64,000 nt of DNA from Callorhinchus milii (Eukaryota): the NCBI RefSeq assembly GCF_018977255.1, contig NW_024704742.1, forward strand, positions 49,974,001-50,038,000, in the 5' to 3' direction. The notes under the pieces are model-generated. The model saw only the letters and a program-made list of their open reading frames with translations. It was not told the DNA's origin and searched no databases. Shown here piece by piece: positions 1 to 12,712 of this stretch. The position numbers and the translations under genes are program-made. The stretch's first letter is position 1. Every line of letters begins with the position of its first letter.

Positions 1-1063
1 CCTCTGGAACTCTCTTGTGAAATTCCTCCGTCTCACCCCTTCCACCTGACATGAAAGTATATCAAGTGCAAGAATTATTTATGGAATCCCCTCCCAAATT
101 ACATCCCAATTGAAATACACCCCGTTATTTCACAAAGTATCCATTTACACCATCAGTATTAAGTAACATACCATACATCAACATTTTCATCCTATATTTC
201 TATGGCGAATGAGTCCTTATTTATTTATTTATTTATTTGCAGTATCACTCCTTAAGCCGCCGTTACTTTTAAGAGTAGTTGTTTGTCCTGCCAGCGACTC
301 CTCCATTATATTTTCCTGTAACGTTTGTAGACCGGGTCAGTAATTAGCCCCAAGGAAAACTTATTTTGGTGAACATTTTTATTAGTACTTTTTAAAGGTT
401 AAACATTAATCTGTCATTTGTAGCAGTGGATTTAAAGTTCAAATGAAACATATGATGCATTTCTTTATGAGTGCATCAAACTAGCAACGCAACAGGACAA
501 AGATTTCCTCTTGATAATTATTCATCTGAATGTCACCTGACTCTCTATTAATGCTTTCAACAAAATGAATGGCATCGCAGCTGATAATTGATCAGCATTT
601 GTTTTTGGCAGTAACATGCAGTTTTTCAATATTAATAAGATCAAAGCAATTCTTTTAACACCGTTAATCTAATTTTCTCTCAGCAGCAAAATTTAGCAAT
701 TCACAGAACATATGGCACCTGATGTGACATCTTCCTCACTATTTCTTTTTTGTTAAAGGCCCAGCATGGCACTGTCCGTGTGTTTCAGGTTTAAGTCCAG
801 AGAATCGTTGTTCTTCACACATCACTTCAGAGCGACAGTGAACATCAGGAAGATCTGCGGGCAAAACGGGTAAAAGTTATCACCAATTCCAAATTTTAAT
901 GCAATAATAATTATTAGTGAAAATAACCCTTGTGTTCTTCTGGTTACAAACTTAGTCAAACTAAATGTAAAGTCATTTCACCAGGTTGAGGATGACCCTT
1001 TAATAATTTCTGTACCAAAAGTGTTTGGTTGGAAATATCAATTGCAAACATACAGATTAATGG

Positions 1064-1215
1064 CTTAATGGTTCTGACGAAGGGTCGTGAACCCAAAACT
1101 GGAGGGTTGACTCACTTTCCTTTCTCCATAGATGCTGCCTGACCTGCTGAGTGTTCCCAGCGACTTGTGTTTTTGTTTCAGATTTTCAGCATCTGTAGTA
1201 CTTTACATTTCGTTT
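1064..1215 (+). mobile_element. Short Penelope-like repeat with 14-bp TSD
   Basis: CTGACGAAGGGTC...ACCCAAAAC...GATGCTGCCTGACCTGCTGAG motif; ATACAGATTAATGG at 1050-1063 and 1216-1229. Confidence 0.65.
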
Positions 1216-1329
1216 ATACAGATTAATGGATGGCTACTTCCTTGTGTCACTGTATTTCCCCCAAATAGTTTGGTTTTGATGCTTTTAATCAAGGTAATAA
1301 TAATATTGATAATCCTTGCATTTGATATA

Positions 1330-1645
1330 ATAATAATAATAATCCTTGCATTTGATATAGCGCTTTTCACGTCTTCTAGACGTCTTCAAAGCGCTTCACA
1401 GAATATGCTGTAAAATAAATTGACCGTATATTTATGAGCAAAACGCAGCAGCCAATTGCACACGGCAGTGTCCCACAAACAGTCGTGGATTGAAAATGAC
1501 CAATTTATTATTGTTTTTGCTTTGGAGGGATTATTATTAGGCGTGTGGAGTAAGGAAACTTGCCCAAGGTTTCGCCCTGCCTGGAATTGAATCCAGGTGT
1601 CTCGCTTGCAAGGCGAGTGCTCTAACCACTGAGCTACAGGACTCC
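1330..1645 (-). mobile_element. Young tRNA-Ala-derived SINE, short subfamily
   Basis: Head GGAGTCCTGTAGCTCAGTGGTTAGAGC with A/B boxes; tail ...ATCAAATGCAAGG(ATT)n. Confidence 0.92.
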
Positions 1646-2522
1646 AAGGTGATGGGTTTCTTCATGTCTCACACACTTATAACCAAAATAAAATCCTTCC
1701 TGCAACCAAACTTTCTTTGTCTGTCTGAATGAATCAGTGTTCCAGAGAGAAAGTGTTGTTCTTGAAATAAATTTTACAGCAAAGTAGAAATAAAACATTA
1801 TTTTTAATGTTTTAATATTTCTAATATGAATCACTATAAGATTGGATCAATGCTAAAATTTGTAATGTGATCATATTCCTGACTGAAACTTCAGGGAACT
1901 GAATACATTATTTAGAATGATAATTAGATAACCCCTGGTGTTGGTTAAAATGAGATTCACATAGTGTAAGATGAATGACAAATGATGATTGAAAATCTGC
2001 TATATCTCTGAATTAATAAGTTAAAAGCTTTGCATATGGTTCAAACACTAAAGGAAAAACAATTAACAAATGCTTGTAGAAACAGTGCTATGTGTTACAA
2101 ACAGAAGCTCAACAAAAAATGATTTTAAAGAATCTTGAGTACAATAAATTTAGTCTGGGTCTATGAGCAGCAAACAATGAATGCTGTTGGAAAAACACAA
2201 CTATAATTGGAGTCTTGCACAGTAAAAAAAAACACACCTTGGGATGTATTTCAGCACCTTGAGACGTCCTCCCGATATGAAAGGCACTGTACAAATGTAA
2301 TTTTGTTGTTGCTGTTTTGTTGTTGTATTGGACATCTCCAGTAAGGACTTCATGTCCATCAGCTGACCCATGAGATTCTGACCTAAGATCTTACAACCAA
2401 AGCATCATTTAGGCTGACATTTTTGCAATGGATATTTCTTGAGGGCAATAAGCATAGGAAAAATGCAAAAAAGGTATATAATGGGGACTAAAAAGTCACC
2501 ACCAACAACTTGCATTTAAATT

Positions 2523-2870
2523 ATAATAATACTTGCATCATTTAATATAGTGCCTTATCACATCTTCGAAACGTCTCAAAGCGCTTTACAGAATATACTG
2601 TACATCTTGTGGGTGAAACGCAGCAGCCAATTGCACACAGTAGTGTTCCACAAACAATCGTGGATTGAGTGATTTTTATTTATTTTTAAGGAATTATTAA
2701 CCCCCGAAAAGCAATCCGCCAATCGACTAACAACTGGATTCCTATTTTACTGCTAGGTAAACAGAGGTGTATGGAGTAAGGAAACTTGCCCAATATTTCT
2801 CCCTGCTGGGAATCGAACCAAGGTCCTCACTTGTGAGGTGAGTGCTCTAACGACTAAGCTACAGGACTCC
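2523..2870 (-). mobile_element. tRNA-Ala-derived SINE, long subfamily
   Basis: Same head and tail plus the internal CTCTGTTTACCTAGCAGT...TGTTAGTCG block. Confidence 0.9.
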
Positions 2871-5800
2871 ACGAGCGCCATTTACATGCGTGATGTCTTG
2901 GAACACTTAACAGTTGTAGAGATTGGAAGCATTCTGAAGATAGGCAAGGATGGAGGGACTGAGGCAGAGAGTTCTAGTCTTTCTGGACATAGTGGCTGAA
3001 AGCATGGCTACAAATGTTGGAGCGAAGGGAACAGAGAACATGTAAAAGACTGGAGTCAGCTGTGCAAAAGGGATGGATAGTGGAGTGGGGTATAAAACCA
3101 GGTCAGAGAGGTAAGGAGGAGCTAGAGCGTGAATAGATGTGCAAGTAAGTGTGACGATCTTGAAATCGATCTGTTCTGCAATAGCGAACCAGTGGGTCCT
3201 GGCAAGGATTGGGGTAATGGGGGTGCTGAAACTGGTATGGATGAAAATATGGACAGCAGGGATTTGGATCAGTTGGATTTTGTTAGATATCCCTTACAGA
3301 GAGCTTATTACACAGGCACAGGCACAATGGGGCAAATGACCTTCCTCTGCGCTGAAAAATTCTATAATTCTATTTTAGCCCTTGATGTAAGTCTTGGCTC
3401 TGCTGCCACAAATTTCTACAAATTTCCATCTGGTTCAGAGAGGAATAAAGGAGGTAATGAATGGATATGAGTGCATTAGTGTGTGTTCTGCAGAGAGTGA
3501 GATTGGAATCCATTAGGAATGAAAAGAGAATTCTGAAATGTATCCAATGTATAACATTTCTTATCTAACCCTGAAGTAACTGGAAGTTTTCAATGTTTTT
3601 ACAAATGAAAATAGTTTGGATTTCTCACCATTGCCTCATCAAGCACCTAGCTAGAAATATAAACAGAAGGTAGATCCTTTTAAAAGAAAGGCCTGAATTA
3701 AGAGCAAAATTATCAATAGTTTTATGTGATGGACCTGTGCCCGTTAGGAACTGGATTGATAGTTTCCGAATAATTTTTACTTTGAATACTCATTTTCAGT
3801 GGAGAGAGGAAATCTTCATTCCATTAGTTTGGAATGGAATCAAAGTCCTGCTCCACAGATGAAGGGAAAATCTCCCCGCCAAGGTTACAGCAAAGTCTGT
3901 CACAGAGATGAGCAAAACTCTAACTGAAGACTATTATAGCGTGTGATTTACATTGCAGTGTGATTTTACCATGTGACTCAAGATGCATTCTATTTGATTG
4001 AATGTTCCTGGGTAAATGAATAACCTTATTTGTTACAGCTGTACAGCTTGTCTGAAAATCTGAGGACAAAATAAACTGAAAACGAAGGTAATAGGATCAC
4101 AAATGAGTCCAGGATGTGAAAAAACAAGAGAACTTGCATTTTTAATGGAGTTACCTAGAATGACACTACACACAAACAGGCCGTTCACCCCAACTCGTTT
4201 TTTTATAGCATCTTATCATTGCCAAAGTGTTTCAAAGGTCTTTAGATGCTTTCTGTCAAGTGCAGTGATTGTATCTGTAGACCTGCGCAGCAGCCAATTT
4301 GTACAAGTAAGACCCCACAAACAGCCATGAGGTGAATGATCACAATGTATAAAATCTTTAACATCCAACAAACAGGCGAATGTTAACCCTGGTTTAGTAT
4401 CTCATCCAAAAGATAGCATCTCCAACAATGTAAAGATTACAACCTTTTTCGCTGTACCAACCTACGGTTTTCCCAAGCAATTTCCCTTCTACACACAGAA
4501 AAGAACAGACAGGAAACAGTGTATATCAATACGCAACATTATATTTAGCAATGAAGACCTGACATGCCATTCCTAATCAAGCCACCATAAATGTATTCTG
4601 GATAAAACAACCAAGACTGTTGATACTTAAGGAAACAAAAAGCCTCTTATTGAATACATAGAAAATCTACCTTTTCTAGTTATACACAGCACACTTGTAA
4701 TTAGTAACAAATTTAGAACAAACCTATAATTTAACTAGTAATAAAAACGTGAGTGAAAAGCATTGTGGAATTTAACATGTGCGACTAGAATGAATAATGA
4801 GGTCCTTAGGTAGAGCTATTAAATCAAAGCTATTCTATATTCCATTATACTGTACACTAGAAAGTGTATTATTACAAATGCAAAAATAACTAGGTAGTTG
4901 CCTGTTTCCATTATGAAATGAGTTCAAAGGTTAATAGTTCCAAATAGTGTGGTTGGTATCATCCCATCAAATCATCTAGAAGAAACAGCACAATCCAGAT
5001 TCCTGATACTGACATGACTGAATCAAATTGCACATTCTGGTTTGAATGTAATTCGCATGGATGTTAAATACTTCAGGACATGATTCGAAAAGAAAAAGGA
5101 GTTTCTCCCAATCTCAAACCGACAGTTCTCCATATACATTGATCATTTACCTTATGCCTGTTTGTTGTATAAAAATTGTATCTTGGCTGCCATGTTTGCC
5201 TGAAAAAAGGGTCACTGAACTTGACAGAAAGTGGCTGAAGTGCTTTGAGACATCTAAAAATGCAAACATTTCTGCCCAACAATAAAAGTTTTAAAATTTA
5301 TAAAAAATAAATTGTAATTGTGGATACAATTATCAATTGAGAAATACATTTTAAAATAAAGACCACAAAAGGTTTTCCAATTTGATCTATTGTGTACAGT
5401 TAGCAGCAAATTTCCCCAATTGTTCATATTTCTTTCAGAATCATGTTTTAGAGATTTTGAAATCAAATGTTCTTGCACTTCATCTGAACGGATTGGAACA
5501 TAGAGCAGTCTGGCCTTACACGGATCATCTATTTTCTAGCTTTTTTTAAGATACATGATTTTAATTTAAAAAAAAGAAATACGCTGCTCACATGAATAAA
5601 TGATGTTGGCATAGCTTTTTGTTGACTGGTGTTTTCCTCAGAAGCAAAGAATTCTTTATTCACTGTCTGGTACAATACCTCTGAACAATTTATATCTGTC
5701 ATTTACTGTGGTATTTCTTTGTCACTTATGTCATATCAGCTCTAAGAATAGAAAGTCTCAATAAATCTTTCAGTATAGGGCTGCTGACTTTGTTGAAATG

Positions 5801-5965
5801 ATTTTGGTAATCAGCCATTTTGATTTCACTGCACTGCAGGGAGCTGAGGCAATACCTTTTCAGCACACTGTATGTGGTGGAACTTTACAGAGAGAGAGAC
5901 ACACACCCCATCACATGACTGAGATCGCCTCTAAGTCAGTCCAATTCAATGACTGAATAAAAAAA

Positions 5966-6271
5966 ATAATAATCCCTGCATTTGAAATAGTGCTTTTCAC
6001 ATCTTCTAGACGTCTCAAAGCGCTTCACAGAAGAGACTGTAAAGTGAATTGACTGTATTTTTGAAAGTGAAACGCGGCAGCCAATTGTGCACAGCAGTGT
6101 CCCACAAACAGTCGTGGACTGAAAAGACCAATTTATTATTGTTTTTTTTTGAGGGATTATTATCAGGCGTGTGGAGTAAGGAGACTTGCCCAAGGTTTCA
6201 ACCTGCCGGGAATCAAACCCAGGTCTCTCGCTTGCAAAGCGAGCGCTCTAACCACTGAGCTACAGGTCTCC
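5966..6271 (-). mobile_element. tRNA-Ala-derived SINE, short subfamily
   Basis: Full-length match to other copies. Confidence 0.92.
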
Positions 6272-6854
6272 ACATCTCTCATTGTTTAAACAAATCTACA
6301 AAATAATCTTTAAATTATTGAAATAAATCTTTGATAGACCTCTGTTGAACAGAAAACCCAACAGCTTCACCAATGCAGGATCTATCAGCTGTTCATTTCC
6401 AGAGTTCAGCATTAATCCAAGGAATTCCACTATTCCTGCCACATTATCTGGGATATATGTTGAGTGTTGCGCAAACTTCGGTGTCAGTTTCAACTTTCAA
6501 ATCTGCTCACAAGATACGATTGGGTGAAGTATGCCAGTCGGCCCACTGGATCTCATCTTTCAAAAATAGCCACTTTATAATCTTTCCATCTAAATTAAGA
6601 TATTCTTGAAAGCACCTCCATCAGTCAACCAAAAAATGAATTTCTGAACTGAGATTCTGTACACTGTACTGTCTAACACGTCAATAAGTTATCCCACATG
6701 AAGGGCACTATATAAATGCAAGTTGTTGTTGTTCTTGGTGTACTGAGTTGTTGGGAGAGAATGTAGATGTATTCTCCCTCACTTGAAACAAAAATACAGA
6801 TGAGCTGTATGTTCACCAATGAGCATACCAGGGAACCAATGCAACCTTTTTCAT

Positions 6855-7173
6855 GGAGTCCTGTAGCTCAGTGGTTAGAGCACTCGCTTTGCAAGCGAGA
6901 GACCTGAGTTCAATTCCAGGCAGGGCGAAACCTTGGGCAAGTTTCCTTACTCCACACGCCTAATAATAATCCCTCCAAAACTAAAAACAATAATAAATTG
7001 GTCATTTTCAATCTATGACTGTTTGTGGGACATTGCTGTGCGCAATTGGCTGCCGCGTTCGCCCACAAATATACAGTCAATTCACTTTACAGTGTGTTCT
7101 GTGAAGCGCTTTGGGACGTCCTCCCGACGTGAAAAGTGCTATATCAAATGCAAGGATTATTATTATTATTATT
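6855..7173 (+). mobile_element. tRNA-Ala-derived SINE, short subfamily
   Basis: Full-length; (ATT)n tail. Confidence 0.93.
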
Positions 7174-9135
7174 AATCTGTCAAGGTTCACACATCAATAA
7201 TGGCGACTTGGGCAATGTACTAGAAGATGCCCATACAACAGGTTAAAATCTCATCACCTCAGGAAGGGGAAGGATAAAATCAGAGAAGAAAAAAATCAAC
7301 TCTAGATTATTGTAAATATATTAGAAAATCAGACTATATATGCAATATATAGATGTGTTGTTTCGTTAGATTTGATTTTATGTTTTTAAAAAAATTCTCA
7401 GACCTGTATGAAGCGGTAGGTAAATGTTATTTTCTCTTGCGTGTTGTTTTTCAAGAATTATCAAAAGACATGTTGTTACAGCAAAGTGAAGGTGAAAGAT
7501 TACAGGAGTTCATGTATCAGTGCTCACTCTTCTTTAGCAAAGACTGTCTTCTGAAGTCAGCTAATGTGGAGGAGATTGTTGTTTGAGTTATGTAGGAAAG
7601 CTATGATTTTGCTGACCTTCGAATCCTTTATCCCATCTAACATGCCGTTCTGCGGTTAGCCTTAATATACGTGTCAGCTATTTAAAAAGATTTTTGCTTA
7701 CTAAATGCAATCAACAACAGCAGATGCTGAATACACTTTCTCCAAGCTCAGTAGTCATAAACAGCTTACTCCATGGCAATATATCATTTTAGTTCACCAA
7801 CAAAATCACCGTGGATTCTTGTATTTTCAATCTATTTATCATCCTGTTTTACATGGTTATAATAATAATAATAAATAATGCTTGAATGTGGCTCTGGAAC
7901 ATCAAAATGGTTTGCATATCACAAGATGTTGTGTAAAGGTTCAACCCTCACACAGAGGCAGATGTCCATCAAATAGCTGGTGAGAAAACTTTGAGGCTTG
8001 GGATGACAGCTGCTGGAAGGCGTTACTTGGAGTCCGAGATTGTGAATGCACAGTTATAACTCCAGGGCTTAGAATCCATCTTGATTGATATTGCAGAGAG
8101 GTAAACAATTGCTGTTTAAGCTCCACACTTCTTCTGGTGGAATTGACGCTCAATGTGTAGGGACGTGTTTCTGAGCTGTGGGCAGGAGGATAGTAGCAAT
8201 GCTCTTACACATTTCATGCTGAGTTGTGTTGCTCACCAAGAGGCTTGCAAGGAGTTCTTGATATTTGCTTTCCACCTAGCGAGGGCTCAAGTCTACACTT
8301 GTTCAATAACAAACAGTTGAAATCCTCCTGGATATCACGCTCCGGGATGCTACTATGGGTGAAGAGCCCTATATAAATACAAGCTGGTGTTGTTGTTGTT
8401 CAGTAAGGGGGAGGTAAGTGGGTTACCTTTGGAGCTGAGCTGACTCCAAAGTGACATGCAATGGAATATGGGAATTGAGTTGATCCTCTTTGGCAGTCTT
8501 GCTAGTTGATTCCCTGACTCAAGGCACTGTTGATGACAATCCAATCAGCAAAACTTGGAAGAGTGGACAAGTCACTGGAAGCTGCATTCTTTCCATTCAG
8601 CTCCTGTTAATCCTGCAAGCTGGACAAGCAGCCAGAAGATTGTCAGAATGTTCTTCATGGTAAAATCTGCAGTTTTTGCTGGTTAAACTCCAGCAAAGAC
8701 ACTGGGTCCCTTAGGTTTTGGCATTTGCAGCCTACATTTAATGCTTTACTGGATTAGGTAAACGAGGTGTGCCCCTTTGGGGAGAGAGTGCACATTCCAT
8801 TGCAAACAAAAGGAAATTTCCATACGAACAGTGTTTGACACTCCCAGTCAACATGATTTGGATAAAATAAGCTTTTCACTTGATATAGTGATCTTTACCT
8901 CAGAAAGACATCTCAAGGTACTTCACAATACTTTTTTTTAAACCATGAGGTGTAGTAACTGTATATTTTGTAGGTGATACACTCAAACAAGGTGATAGAT
9001 TTTCCATGTGTGTCAGACAGGCGGCTGACCCAAACAAAATTAATACATGACTTATAAGGTCAACATTTCAAAGCACTTTACAAGCAATTGCTGATAAGTG
9101 TAGTAACTTTGCTATTTGCACACAGCAGATCAACT

Positions 9136-10330
9136 ACAACAACATCAATAACTTACATTTATATAGCCACCCTCATGCAGAGTAGCATCCCAGAGCGCTT
9201 GATAGTGGTGGAGCATGACACCAAGCCAAGGGGAGAGGTGAAGTGACCGTAGGCATGGTCGAAGAGGAAGGTCTTCAGACATGACTTGAGGATGGGAAAG
9301 GAAGGGGCAACAACAACAACAACTTGCACTCATATAGCAACTTCCACGCAGAGTAGCATCTCAGAGCACTTAACAGTGGCGGAGCCTGACTCCAAACCAG
9401 GGGGAGGGGGGAGTGGGGAGGTGGCCATAAGTACAGTCAAAGAGAAAAGTTTTCATGCGGGAGTTGAAAGAGGGGAGAGAGGGGGCAAGGTGGAGGGATT
9501 TAGGGAGAGTGTTCCAGAGTTTGGGGGTGTAGTGGCTGAAAGCGCGATCTCTGATGGTGGGGCGGAGGGTGTGAGCAACAAGCAAGAGGACAGTGCCAGT
9601 CGAGTGGAGGCGCCGTGTGGTGGATTGGGGAGTGAGGAGGTCAGAGAGGTAGGGAGGTGCCAGGAAGTGAATGGATTTAACACAAGTGTGAGTATCTTGA
9701 AGTTGAGGCAAAGCAAAGGGATAATGGAAGAGTGTTCCAGGGTTTCAGGCATCATGGCGCCGATGGTAGAATGGAGGGCATGATGGACAAGCAGAATGCT
9801 GCAGCCAGTTGAGCAGAGGCAGCGGATAGTGGGTTGGGGAGTAAGCAGGTCGGAGAGGTAGGGAGGTGTTAGGGCATGAAGGGATTTGAACACTAGTGTG
9901 AGAATCTTGAAATTGATTTGTTCGGTGATAGTGAGCCAGTGGAGCCTGGCAAGAACTGGTGTGATGGGTCTCGCAAAATGCAATGAAGTAAATAACTTAT
10001 CTGGAGGATTGTTGACGAGGAGAATCTCTCTTCATTTTTTGTATTGTTTCATAGAATCTATAGTGTTCCTAGATTGATACAAAAATACAACTTGTATTTA
10101 TATAGTTCCTTTCTTGTAGGATAATGTCTCAGAGCTCTGTACAGTGGCGGGGTTGGTGGGGTTGAATGCCAAGCAAAGGCAGGAGGGATGGCCATTGGCC
10201 CTGATTAAAGAGGTAGGTTTTTAGAGGTAGGTTTTTAGAGGTAGGTTAAAGAGGTAGGATTTAAAGATAAAGAAGGGGCGAAATGAAGCAATAGAAGCTC
10301 CAGAGATTAGGGGCAAGGTGACCAAAAGGT
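9136..10330 (-). mobile_element. Cluster of L2 3'-end fragments
   Basis: Remnant peptides ITPVLARLHWL...FKILTLVFKSLHALTPPYLSDLL and RAFSHYTPKLWNTLP; tails at ~9136, ~9309 and ~10085. Confidence 0.8.
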
Positions 10331-12014
10331 GAACAAAAGTCAAAGCACTTCACAGGTAATTGGAATTGTAGGTAAACAAAAAGAAATCACACATAGGCCA
10401 GGGGTGTGTATTGTGTTCCTGACATGAAAATGGAATGCGTTAGGCATTGATTCGTGCACAGTCACCTCAGTGGGTTTGCGTGCTGTTTTGTCTGCAGTCT
10501 GCAAAACCTCCTAAGGTATCGCTGCCATATGCTTATCGCCAGTCAGGTAGCGATAGAGAAATGAAGCAATTATAGCTTGGGGTCTGCACTTTAAGCATTA
10601 ATCCATCTGTGCGAGGAACGAAAGCTGCAGCAAAAGCTGACGACGGTCTTACAATTGTTTCCGGGATGACTGGTTATTGCAGGCTTCTCTGGAGATCTGG
10701 GAAGGTTGAGCAGTATTGTCCAAAAGAAAGAGATCTTCATGGCAAGAGGTAGCCTCATGCTGACTGCAGCTATGGTCACCTCAAAGTCCAAGCTTGAACG
10801 TAGGCACAGGACAGCCAGAAAGATTGAATGACATTTGACCAAAGACCTTTAGGTGTGAATGAAGAGATTTTCCGAAACCTCTCATTATTGTGGTTTGAAG
10901 AAGAGATGGAAATAGTTTAGAAAAAAGAATAGGGAAGTTGCAGTTATTCTAAATTTACCAGTTGTGAACTTGTTTTGTATCACAGCAGAGAGAGGAAGAG
11001 AGAAAATACTTTTTTGAGTATTGGAAAGGACATTTGAATTGACACTTTGAATCAATGAATCAATGTTCATTGCCAACTGAAGGGACTAGAATCCTTACTG
11101 AATCGCTTTACAAGTTGCTTAATTAAATAGGTAATTTGTTTTGTTGTAATCTAATTTAACTTTGGAGCTAAAATTGATCATTTTCACTGAGGTACTACTA
11201 TTTCATAATATATTAATGCCGGTCACAATTAAAACTGTATTGCAAAGTTTTGCCTAGCGTCTAAATAAAATATTTTGTTTAATCTTAGAATGTGTCATAT
11301 CAAGCCCTTTGTCTTTAAGTCAACTATGGTTATCCAGCAACTTTTAAAAATACTCTGCCTTTGATTTCAAATGTGATGAAATGGCCAAATTAAGTGGTTA
11401 AGGCATTGCTAAAGGTCTAACGATCTTTAATGAGGAACTTTTGCAGATCTTTTTTATTTGGATTTTATGTAAGAGTGACTCAATTCCCAAATCATGACTT
11501 TCACTATAATTTAATTGACACCAAAACAGATCCAACATCAGTCTTCCACACAATACTCACGCAGAAACAAAGCTGTATTTTATTATTTTGGAGAATTCAT
11601 TGTTTTTGTTCCTATAACAGGTTACACAATGTACCTAAATGAAGCTCTACATGAGTCTCAAAAGCGGCCTAATTTGCCAAACAAATGACTTAATTGTAAA
11701 ATTCTAAGGCAAATTGTTTTCCATTATTTGCTCTGGTTTTTCATCAGATCAGAATATTGGGGAATAGGAGAGGGGAATAGGAGGCTGGGGCTAGTGTGCA
11801 ATATAAAAACTGGTACAAACTATTTGGGCCGATCAGTCTATTTCTGTGCTGTATCACTCTATGTAATTAGACTTTATTAGCTTTCAAGATTTGCAATAAA
11901 CCTTTTGGCAGATATCTCAGATTAAATGGCTTTCAGCACTTGGGACTAGAGATTGGTATATCAAATCCACTTTGTGAAGATCACCAATTAGATTCTATTA
12001 TTAACAACAACAAC

Positions 12015-12262
12015 AATAACAATCCTGGCATTTGATATAGCGCTTTTTCATGTCTTCGAGATGTCTCAAAGGGCTTCACAAGATATACTGTCAAGTGGAG
12101 TGACTGTGTATTTTGTGGGCGAAACGCGGGAGCCAGTTGTGCACAGCAGTGTCCCACAAACAGTCATGGATTGAGTGACCAATTTTTGTGAAGGGTTTAT
12201 TGCCCCCGGAAAGTGATTCGCCAGTTGACTAACAACCGAGTTCTTACTTACTGCTAGGTAAA
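12015..12262 (-). mobile_element. 5'-truncated SINE, long subfamily
   Basis: Tail, body and internal block present; head absent. Confidence 0.85.
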
Positions 12263-12509
12263 CAACAACCTGAGGCAAATTATACTTGTCCTCAGTAAAC
12301 ATTATCCAATGTAACCAACAAAATAAAACCTTATAACTATATTACAGCAGCACATCAAGTAACTACACATCAACTATCTACATGTCCATTTATCCCTGTG
12401 GTGAGTAAATGGAGTTGCAAAGTTGACAAAAAAAGTTTTCTGCATGTGTGTGTGATTACTTGGAGGGTGATTACTTGGAGCACCACAAGGTGGGTAAGTA
12501 CAAATTCAA

Positions 12510-12712
12510 AGCGAGAGACACACATGTGCACAAACACAGAGACAGTTAGAGTGGCAGAGAGAAAGATAACCACACACACACAGACAATTAGAAAGTTAGA
12601 GAGAAACGCACATGCACATTTATGCAGGCAGTTAGAGAGAAAGACACACAATGCAAATGCACAAAGACAGTTAGAGAATCAGAAGAGAGAGATACACACA
12701 CAAACACACAGA
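12510..12712. repeat. Degenerate (CA)n/(GA)n low-complexity repeat
   Basis: Recurring GACAGTTAGAGAGAAAGACACAC-like units. Confidence 0.75.

Noticed and set aside
768..790. RE1/NRSE (REST) site, GGCACTGTCCGTG
   Set aside because: Only one half-site matches; the GTGCTGAA half is absent.
6855..6930. tRNA-Ala gene (also the other GGAGTCCTGTAGCTCAG heads, incl. 60440-60500)
   Set aside because: A/B boxes and the anticodon arm are present, but the acceptor stem does not close and the heads run into a common SINE body. These are SINE heads, not tRNA genes.
9286..9783. 165-aa + strand ORF and similar G-rich ORFs at 54045 and 61319-62819
   Set aside because: They are antisense frames of L2 fragments.
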